IMG/VR virus record: IMGVR_UViG_3300024946_000002
Strand: one strand, 5' to 3'
DNA length: 64,000 nucleotides
DNA from: an uncultured virus (IMG/VR IMGVR_UViG_3300024946_000002)
Taxonomy: Duplodnaviria > Heunggongvirae > Uroviricota > Caudoviricetes
The position numbers and the translations under genes are program-made. Positions 37,857-47,200 of this stretch are shown one piece after another. Below the pieces are notes generated by a model, which saw only the letters and a program-made list of their open reading frames with translations, made no database searches and was not told the origin of the DNA. Numbering within the stretch: the first letter of the stretch is position 1; each line of letters starts with the position of its first letter.

Positions 37857-38445
37857 CTACATACTCCTGTGGGAATCCATCAAGTACGTCATAGGCTTCA
37901 AGTTGTCCAATGGTCATGGTTTGGATGGCTGCACGCTTGGCTTCTGCTACACCAAAAATCACTTGTTCACGCATAACCTGTGCCGCAAATAGCTCACCAG
38001 CCAGTGCTTGTGTCATAGTCACAAAAGAACCGTCTAGCGTTTTCCATTTCAGATTTGCAGGGATGTTTGCGCCCATGATGACCAATGCAATTTGTTGTTG
38101 CTTTGAATCGGTGTCTGAGTGAAACCACTTATCCTGAACCAAGCAGCCGCCATTAGTTTTAACGTAATCACGATGGCTTTTAATCTGTGTCCACAAACGC
38201 TCACGGATAGCGGTTAAGTCCATTGGTGTATTGATATATGTCACTGTTGCGCCGTTGTACTCTTCGGTCACATTGTAGAAATTACGGTTAGCAGGTTGAT
38301 TGGTTGCTACTACCAACTCAAGGCCAAATGATTGCAATATCTCAGGAGATTTATCACCTAATGCGGTAAATGGATAAGAGTTGCCATCAATCGTAAAGTC
38401 CATGCCATCGTTAATATATTGGTTGCTTGCTTCTCTGTAATACAT
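37834..38445 (-). CDS. Tail fibre assembly-associated protein (DUF4376-like)
   Basis: WTQIKSHRD...GG...WFHSD...WKTLDGSFVTMT. Confidence 0.7.
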   Translation of the reverse strand: MYYREASNQYINDGMDFTIDGNSYPFTALGDKSPEILQSFGLELVVATNQPANRNFYNVTEEYNGATVTYINTPMDLTAIRERLWTQIKSHRDYVKTNGGCLVQDKWFHSDTDSKQQQIALVIMGANIPANLKWKTLDGSFVTMTQALAGELFAAQVMREQVIFGVAEAKRAAIQTMTIGQLEAYDVLDGFPQEYVDEALIQP

Positions 38446-38447
38446 GG

Positions 38448-40091
38448 TTAATTCCCTTTTGCGTTCTGATGTTTAAAGGCTGACTTGCTCTCAGGGCTTA
38501 ATATTGTTGCCGTCCAAGTGTTAGTGCCTGATGAGTTGTAACTAGATGATGATGTGCGTAGCTTGAAGCCGTTGGATAGCTTGTCCGCATGCGTACCCCA
38601 TGTGACTGCGTTACCATTAATAGTGAGAGTTTCAGGTGTGCCGTTGCACCAGATGAATGGACCAATAGCATTTGCATTACCTGTGAAGCTTCCTGATTCA
38701 ATCACATCGGTGCTTGTTAGGTTTGCCGTGCATAGTGCTTTGAAGCCAGCAGGTGGTGTGTAGGTGAATGAACGTTGACCGAAGTTGAGGGAGGCACTCG
38801 GACTACCGTTGCCACGCCCTATTGCTGGAAAGTATGCACCGGACGTGAGTCCTGTAAATGCTGTACCTTGGCTGACGTTATTTTTGTAGAATGTTAATGT
38901 ACCGTTGTCAGCGTCAAAGGCCACGCCAATAACATCGCTGGTTGTGTATGCTGCACCATAGGCTATTGATGTACCATTTGTGTACTTTGTCCCATCTAAC
39001 CCATAGTATGCCCAACCATTAGCATCGGACCCAGGATAATTCTGTGTAGTTGCCAAAGAGTTTGAAATCCCAATCATCGGATTAGTGGCTGTAACAGTTG
39101 CTTCCCAATACCATTTGCCTGTTAGCATCCCTATGGTAGCTCGCACTGCTCCGTTAGTAGCACCTTGAGCATAATTCAAATTTGCGTTTGATAGTGTAAT
39201 ATTGGTTCCAACACCAGCATCTAACGGGTTCAACACCGCATAATTACCACTAGGCTGAACCGCACTAGCACTACCATTCCCTGCTGGAACATCCAGCATC
39301 CAGCAATCATTCACGCCAGCAGAGCGTGTGAAGTTTGTGAGCGTCCAGTGATTGTTGTTACCTGACTTGTCGTAACCTAGCGTTGTTGTGCTGGTGCCGT
39401 CTTTGAAGTCTAGGTAAAAGCCGTTTGTGCCGTAAGTGCCTGTATATTTCTTAGCAACCCATTGGCCAGTGCTTGTGTTGATTTCACCGAAGGATGAAGT
39501 CGTATTTTCAGTGACGTTTATTTCTGCTAAATACCCATCAAGCAATCCTGATGCAGTTCCAGCCTCTCTTCCGATATTAAATGTATTAAAAAGGCTTAGA
39601 GTTGTCACTAAATTTTGACTTGGGTCTATCGAACTACTAAAGGTTGTTTCTAAAATCCCGTTAATTTTTACCGTAAATCTTGAGGATGCATTAGCGCTGG
39701 GCGTGTTAACTGTGCATTCAATGTGATACAAAGCAGAAGGGTCTCTAAACACCCTCGAAGTGACCTTCCTTGCTTGATAGGTTGTAAAATAATCGAAAAA
39801 ATCTAACTGATCTGCACTATTAAATTCTATTCCAAAAGCTGTTGTAGAGCCGTTAGATGCTCCAAATATTACTTGTCGAACCCCCAGCGCGCCTCGTTTT
39901 ACCCAAAAGGAAAAGGTTGCAATTTGCCCGCCGAAATTCGAGCTAAGTGTACGTGTAAGATACTGGCTACTAGCCGCACTAAACCGCAAGCTACGCTCAA
40001 TTACGTAACCATTCGCACTACCTCCACCTGACATAAAAAAGCTAGGTGTATAAAGGCTGTAAAGCTTAGAGATAAAGCTTCTAATCATCAC
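38448..40091 (-). CDS. Receptor-binding/tail protein with laminin-G-like and SPRY-like domains
   Basis: SLRF, TFSFWVKR, GTNGFYLDF, GKWYWEA, DVIGVAFDADNG, NFGQRSF. Confidence 0.75.
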   Translation of the reverse strand: MMIRSFISKLYSLYTPSFFMSGGGSANGYVIERSLRFSAASSQYLTRTLSSNFGGQIATFSFWVKRGALGVRQVIFGASNGSTTAFGIEFNSADQLDFFDYFTTYQARKVTSRVFRDPSALYHIECTVNTPSANASSRFTVKINGILETTFSSSIDPSQNLVTTLSLFNTFNIGREAGTASGLLDGYLAEINVTENTTSSFGEINTSTGQWVAKKYTGTYGTNGFYLDFKDGTSTTTLGYDKSGNNNHWTLTNFTRSAGVNDCWMLDVPAGNGSASAVQPSGNYAVLNPLDAGVGTNITLSNANLNYAQGATNGAVRATIGMLTGKWYWEATVTATNPMIGISNSLATTQNYPGSDANGWAYYGLDGTKYTNGTSIAYGAAYTTSDVIGVAFDADNGTLTFYKNNVSQGTAFTGLTSGAYFPAIGRGNGSPSASLNFGQRSFTYTPPAGFKALCTANLTSTDVIESGSFTGNANAIGPFIWCNGTPETLTINGNAVTWGTHADKLSNGFKLRTSSSSYNSSGTNTWTATILSPESKSAFKHQNAKGN

Positions 40092-41171
40092 TTACCCCAC
40101 ATTCGCTAAGTGACCGTCATAGATGAGCGTGTTACCAGCGCCACCGATAAAGCTAATAATGTCGTAAGCACCGTTAGTAGCCGCACCAGCAGTTAACGGC
40201 GGCGTTGCATTCGGGAACTTAAACGCAGCATTCCACGCAAATACTCGCGCAGAAGTATCACCAGCTTTCAGCATGAACTTATACATAGCCTTTTCTGTGA
40301 TACCTGTAGGCGCGCCAAATGTAACGGTGATTGCATTGGTTAGCGTCACCTCACGGATTTGGTCTGCGCCATCGAACGTATAGGTTGAGGTAGTTGATAC
40401 CGCAGCTGTGCCGTTATCAGGCACTTGAGTAGCAGTGAAAGTGTTGGCTACGTTTTTCTTGACGGTATTGGCATCGAAGGCTTGAACGTCTGTGCCGATG
40501 GTTAAACCTAAATTAGCTCTAGCAGTTACCACATTGGCTAAGTCAGATAAGTTATTTGCTTTCAATAATGCAGATACAACCGCAGCTTCTGCCGCGAGAA
40601 CATCAAGCCCTGTTTGTATGCGGTCTAATCCAGTTTGAATTTTGTCTGCTTCTGCATCATTTGCATAACCTAAAGCCTCTATTGCAGATAAAGCCGCAGC
40701 CGCAGCAGAAGATGCCGCCTGAAGTTTGTATGTATTAATAGTGTCTAGGTAATTCTCTGAGGTAACAGAGCTTGATGCAGGCACGACCACGGCACGATCT
40801 GCAATCTCTTTGACTTGCTGAATAAGCATCGTGATTTTATCAAGTGCATTTTCAAACACTTCAGGATAAAAGCCACCTTGATTTTGAATGTCAGTTTCTT
40901 GGGTGTACTCTACGTTGCCTAATATCGTTAGCTTTTCACCTGTAGCTAATGTTGAATAGCTAATGCTACCGCCTGGGCTTGCGTTCTGATCGAGGTTAAG
41001 CGTAACGGTGTAGTCACTATCAAGAACCAGTACGGTTTCAATCTCGTCAACATCTGTGTAGATGACCTTTACATCAGCTTTTGCGAAGGTTTTAAATGTG
41101 AAAGGGAATGATGTAGTAACATCGTTTCCATCGAATGGGCCAGCTTTCCTAGCTTCAGAACTGATAGTCAT
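40092..41171 (-). CDS. Podovirus tail fibre adaptor of phage B
   Basis: GNDVTTSFPFTF and ENALDKITM podoviral anchor; C-terminus shared with 1..637. Confidence 0.85.
   Translation of the reverse strand: MTISSEARKAGPFDGNDVTTSFPFTFKTFAKADVKVIYTDVDEIETVLVLDSDYTVTLNLDQNASPGGSISYSTLATGEKLTILGNVEYTQETDIQNQGGFYPEVFENALDKITMLIQQVKEIADRAVVVPASSSVTSENYLDTINTYKLQAASSAAAAALSAIEALGYANDAEADKIQTGLDRIQTGLDVLAAEAAVVSALLKANNLSDLANVVTARANLGLTIGTDVQAFDANTVKKNVANTFTATQVPDNGTAAVSTTSTYTFDGADQIREVTLTNAITVTFGAPTGITEKAMYKFMLKAGDTSARVFAWNAAFKFPNATPPLTAGAATNGAYDIISFIGGAGNTLIYDGHLANVG
40109..40487. repeat. Direct repeat, copy 2 of 1..379
   Basis: Hand alignment, about 93 percent identical. Confidence 0.95.
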
Positions 41172-41191
41172 GTGCGCAACTCCTTTTGCAC

Positions 41192-41225
41192 ATTTTCTAT
41201 CAGTTATAATTGACTAAACGCACCC
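41192..41225 (-). promoter_or_regulatory. Phage B late promoter motif
   Basis: GGGTGCGTTT-N18-GAAAAT upstream of the tail fibre gene. Confidence 0.65.
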
Positions 41226-44200
41226 TAATCTTTAGGTGGGCCAGAGATTAAAGCATTGAAAATACTCACCCCTTCCACCTCGCCTCGCTCGATTGCTAAC
41301 ATGCCGTCAACCGTTGTATTGATTTGGCCTGCTGGATAGTGAAACAAGATGCCGCCTGCGTTATTTAGTGATTTAAACAAAGGCATATCAACTTCACCTT
41401 GCTCTGCTTGTTGCCCTAGTTTATACACGTCTGCAAAGAATCTTAGTGAAGGTGGACCAGAGTAACCAAATGCATCACCGCCAGTTGCCACATCAACCGC
41501 AACACCTACATCACGCAAGCCAATCATTTGCCCAAATATTGCACTCATTTGCTCTGACTTGTAGCGATTAAGTATGCATTCTGTATCATCCCACGCACAT
41601 TCACCTTTCAACAGATTTTTCAATATCACCGAGTAAATCACTGGCATTACGTTTAACAATATCGCAGTGGCTACAAAATCAGCAAACTCAGCAGGATTGG
41701 TAAGCTTTTTCGTTCTAAAGTTTTCAACGTTTAAGTTATAAAGCGCAGAGAAATAAGAGTAAAAGTTAGTGAATAGCTTCTGGCCTTGGCCGCCTTTTTG
41801 AACGCCTGCCAAGTCTTTAATTTCACCGCCTGTTTGCGTATCAATGACTGTCTGTCCAGCAAACGAATGGGCTTTATTCTCGATAGCTTTACGTTCATCT
41901 TCACTGCCTGCTTGGTCATAATCCAAATCTGCTAACGCTTTTTCATACGCGCCTACATAGGTAGGCATATCAATCATGATCTGCATCTTACTAATCATGT
42001 AGAAATAAGAAGCCTGCAACGTTGTTAGGTTTTTACCAGCACGCACCTGATTCACAATTTCATTAATCTCACGATTTAATGTACGCGCACGGTTACGCAT
42101 CATCGGTGAGTTTTCCATTACCCACTCGTTCGTTTTTACTGGATTTTTCAATACAGTTTTAATGCCATTAGCCACCGCGCCAATGCCTAACCTGCCCCAT
42201 GATTGGAATATGCCAGATGGTTGCAGTAATGCAGTGCTAACGCGATAACCCATACCTACGATTGATGTACCTGTTCTAATGCGTGACAAAAGCACATCAG
42301 TTGTACCAGTCACAGGCGCATCACCTATCGCTACATCACGAATGTGTTGATGAATTTCCTGTAAGGCTTCAGCCCCTAAACGTTCACGAATGCTTCCATC
42401 AAGCGCAGTCACTACGCGCGTTGCATCGGTTAACCATTCTTGCCATGCTAACCTATGCGTGACTTCATGAATATGGCGTGAAATGGTATCAAAGCTTAAT
42501 AGTATTGGTCTGCCTTTGACTGCCTCAGCCCTCGCTTGCGTATAACCATCGCGCGTGCCTGAGCTATTAAACGCACCTTTCATTGCCATCCGCAAATCAG
42601 TCACCGCTTCCAAACTCTCTGAGCGTGTGGACATTTGCGCATCATACTTAGCAGGGAAATAACCACCAGCATAAGTGCCGTACTTGGTATTCACAGGCGA
42701 TGGGTCAATCCATACTGGTTCACGGCCTGTGAGTTTACGCTCTTGTTCAGCAATCATCGGCTTGAATGTTGCGATGTAATCCCATGTGCCTTGAATAAAA
42801 TCCCATTCATCCTTAGTAATGGTATCTAAAATAGCTGATGCATCTTCGTTGCTAATTGATCGCGTACCTTCTAAGCCACCATCAAGTAAACGTTGACGGT
42901 TGCCATCATTACCCCAATTCATAGCAAACATAATGCGCTGTTCATGGGTAAGGCTGATATTCGTACCAGGCACTATGCGTTTAATTGCATACAAGTTACC
43001 GACTGCCTTATCTAGTGTGCCTTCAATCGTAGCAAATAGGCGTTGCATATCATCAGTCGCCTTAGCACGTAAATCAGTTTCAAGGCTTCCTGCTTCATAC
43101 ATAGAATATAAAAGCATATCCTGCATCACACCTAAGTCTTTACCACCATCCAACTCACGCATAAAGCTTGAGAATTTACGGTGCGCTGCAGAAAAGCGTC
43201 TGCCAAATCTAGCCGTTTTACCAATAAAGTCATTCGGTGTTGCACGCTCTGGCACAATGCGATTGCCATTATTATTAATTGATTCTCGCGCTTCAGTCAT
43301 GCGCTCAGCAAACTCACGCTTGTCTTTAGCCGTTAGCAGTGTTTTCTTTAATCGACCTAAGTGTTCAATGTTGCGGATAGAATCAGCCAGTGCCATGAAT
43401 TGCTCAAACGGCAGGTCTTTATAACTGGTGCGCCTTGCTTCATTTAATAAATCTTCATCAATCACTGGTGATAAGCCAATTTCTTTCTGGCCTTCTACCC
43501 ATTGCACTAACGATTTTCGTTTATTGATAGCACGTAACGATTGGCCTGAACGTAAATCAAACCTCATTAAAATGTCATCAATCTGCTCAATATATTCAAT
43601 ATCAAGGTTCTTGCGCACGCCCTCGCTGTCAAACTTCTTAAAGTATTTAAGCGTAGCATCTACCTTATCATTCGCATCTAGCGTGGCCTTTGCTGCACGG
43701 TTATTCAATAACTGATCGCGCTTAGCTTGCACCGCAGTTTGCGTATCACCTTTTCGCGTTGCTTTATCTGCCATTTTTGCCGATTTAGATTCAGCCCTAG
43801 TGAATTTAGATGACTTCAAATCACGGACTAATGTGCCAGCAATTTGACGATTGGCATACTCTTTCGCTGCCGCCTCTAATATTCTGCGATTGCCTAGTGC
43901 TTTATTCTGCGCAGATAGCTCAGTTGCTAATACTCTTGCACGCACTTCGTTATGCACGGCCTTATCAGCCGCTTCGTTCATTTTCTTAGCATCAACCAAA
44001 TCCCCAAACTCAGCCAGCATGCGCTCATTCGTTAATCGCTCAACCAATGCTTTAGGATTCTCAGCCGCTAGTAATGACTTTACTAGATGATCGCCACTGT
44101 TAAAGCCGAATAGTTCCGCTACCGCATCAGGTGGATTGCCTGTTTGCATCACCATGCCAGTGCGACCTATGCCAAGATTACGCCAATCACCATCTTCGCC

Positions 44201-47200
44201 ATACATCGCTTTCATGCTGTTCAGGTCTAATTTACCTTTACCAAATGCATCAAGTCTGACGCGCTCTTGTTCATCATAGATGGATTCCTGCCACTTACGG
44301 TATTGCTCACCTTCTGCAAATAAACTGTATTGGCGCTCACCTTTTGCCTCTTCAAAAAACTTATCTTCAAACTCGCGTAAATCCCATTTGCCGTTTTCAT
44401 CTAAGGTTAGATATTCATATTGTGCCAATGCTTCAGCCATCGCATCAGGTGACAAACCACCTTCTTTACGCAATACAGGCTTACCAAATACGCCTGAATC
44501 GAATTTATCTTTAGGGTCAATTCCCCATTCAGAAGCCGCAAGCTCACGATTCAAACCACCTAGTTTAGCAATCGCGGTATATAAACTATCTTTCTCAACA
44601 TCAACGCCTTTGGTCGCTTTAACCTTCTCGGCTTGTTGCGCTTTGCTTTCATCAGGGATTTGTTTTAGCCATGAATAGGCTTGATAGACTGGTTGCGTCA
44701 TCACCTCGCGTCTGACCGCCATGCGCACAGCTCTGCGCTCAGCATCGGCTTGACGTTGTAAATCACGCAATACACGACTACGCGCACCTTGCAGCCACTT
44801 CATATCACGCAATGAGCGTGCTGTTAATTGTGTTTTAGCCTCATCGGTAGCATCTTGCTGGTTTTGCAGGTACTCAGCATATTCATCTACGCTCATGCCT
44901 GCTTCTTCCATTGAAGCAAACATCGGCATCATGCCACGCACTGCCTCAGCTTTATTGATGGCATCATCACTAGCAAGCATACGGTCAAACACTTGGCGCA
45001 CTTCAGGTGTTAACGATGGGTCACCGCTACGCTCAAAGAATTGTTTTAATGATTTGTAAGCAGATAGCATGAACGAACGTAACTTAGCAAATACTCTACT
45101 TAATTCAAGCGTAGGGGCTTTACCTTCCATTGCATACTGCTCAAAACCTCGCGCTAACTGTTCGTGATATGGGCGCTTTTGGTCTAACGTCATGTTGCGC
45201 CATACATCAATTGCCGGTTGCTCAGTAGATTCAATGCCAAACCAATTAAATAACTGGTTCATATCATCTACAATCACTTGAGGGGCATCTGGCTTGCTGG
45301 CTACGTCAGCATAGACTTCTAAAAAGAAATGGCCTAGCTCATGAATGAATGTTGAAGCATCGGCATTTTTAAGCAGGGTAATGTTTGCTCCTTGCGTAAT
45401 GTCGTTGCTGAATGATATTTGGCCGCGTGCTTGCTGATTCAGTATATTCGCATCATTAGGGTCAAATGTTCCACGGTTACCAATTGCGGATTTGATTTGG
45501 GTCGACTCAAAAACGACGTATGTGTCTGTCGGGCGAGTGCCGATGCCGTTATTGTAGTCATCTTTTACGTTTCGGATGATTACTCCGTCATGCCCATTGC
45601 TCCTTGCGACCTCGATCACTTCTCCTGTTTTGCCACGCCGTTGTGCATCTCTCCAGTTGGCTCCATTAGCTTCAACTATTAGAGGGTTCTGCATTTTGAG
45701 ATAAGCTGGGATAACGCCTTCCTCGGCGCGCTGGTAGTCAAACGCGCGCCGAGGGTCAGCGTAAGTTAGGGCGGTTTGACGAGATGGCGTGAACCAATGA
45801 GCACCCTTATTTTCACCAAAGCCAAGTCGATCTTTCTGGCTTTTAAAAACTGCGTCCTCGTTCATAAAACGCATGTCAGGGCTGCCATGATAAACAACCA
45901 GCGGCTTACCATCAGCGTCAACTACTTTACTATCACCGAACCATGCTTTAAACTCAGGCGTATCAATCTGTGATTCAGACTGATTTAGATTGTTTGATTT
46001 AGGCGTATATGTGTAGCTATATAATGGGGTATAAGGTTCACCTTCAAATTCTAAAGTTACTGATTCTCTTTTCAGATATTGCAGTTTTTCATAGTATGAA
46101 GTTGCAGATTCTACGGCATCAACTATTGCTAACTTTTTGCCAGTTAAATCAGAATATTCTTTTAATGAGTTTAATACATCAGTTCCTCGGCCAGTTCCTT
46201 TAGCCTGCACTGTTAAATCATCAACTTTTTTAGTGTGAATATTAGTAACATAGATATTTTCAGAATCTTCCTTAACACTCAACTGCACATACGCATCATT
46301 AAATTTGATTAATGAAGGCTGCCCTATATCTTTAGTATAAGGGTTCTCAGCATTATCAACTTCCATATCATATTTTTTTGATAACTCTGTTAATGCGCTT
46401 ATTGATACATTATTTTGATTAAACTGATTATTCCCTGCCTTAGTCAATATGCCTTTGAACGCTGGTGATGTTTGGTAAGCTTCAGGATTGCGCCTTAATT
46501 CATCTAGCGCCTGATGTGGATATTCAAACCCAAGCATCTGCTCTTTTGATAAGGCTCGTAAAACCGTTTTTTGTTTAGGATTAGCCGCCTCATACAACGC
46601 ATCATAAGCATCTTGTGGCGTGTAGGTTTCATCGTAAACCACTTGTGATAGCTTAGATAAACTACTCAATGCTTCATTCTTGCCGACTATATCATTCTGC
46701 TCAAAGCCGTTAGCCGTTACATTACCACTTACTTGCAAGGGATAGCGTGCGTATGCTTCAGCAGGCGTGATGCCTAAGTTACTTGCTAGTGTTGAATACC
46801 ATGGCGCAACTAAACCTTGCACATAAGCCTGATTGCTTTCAGGGGTGAATCTACCTACGGCATTAAGTTGGCCCAATAGGTTATCACTCACCTCAGTAAC
46901 TGATTGTTGCCAAGCCTCGTTATCTTGGTATTGCTGTGCAATAGTTTCAGCCTGTTTCTGCAACTCATTTACTGCATCATCTAGCTGTGTTTTAGCCTCA
47001 AATGCACTAATGCCGTTTTCATCTGCGCGTAAGTGTTGGAGTATCGCACCACCAAATTCAGTGCCAGCAATAGACGCACCAAACTCACCCACTGGTATAA
47101 CCAAGTCAACACCCTGCGCGATTGCCTCTTGCAGCTGCTGATTAATCACTGGTGATGATTGCATTAAAGTGTTTAGGTCAACGCCTTGCTTTTCAGCTTC

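Noticed and set aside
1..40487. Diversity-generating retroelement (TR/VR pair), suggested by the repeat and the BPP-1-like phage
   Set aside because: Mismatches are third-position and not adenine-specific, both copies are coding, and no reverse transcriptase is in the window
42569..42578. Further GGTGCGTT matches here and near 21741
   Set aside because: Imperfect decamer, poor hexamer at the 18-nt spacing, and mid-gene position
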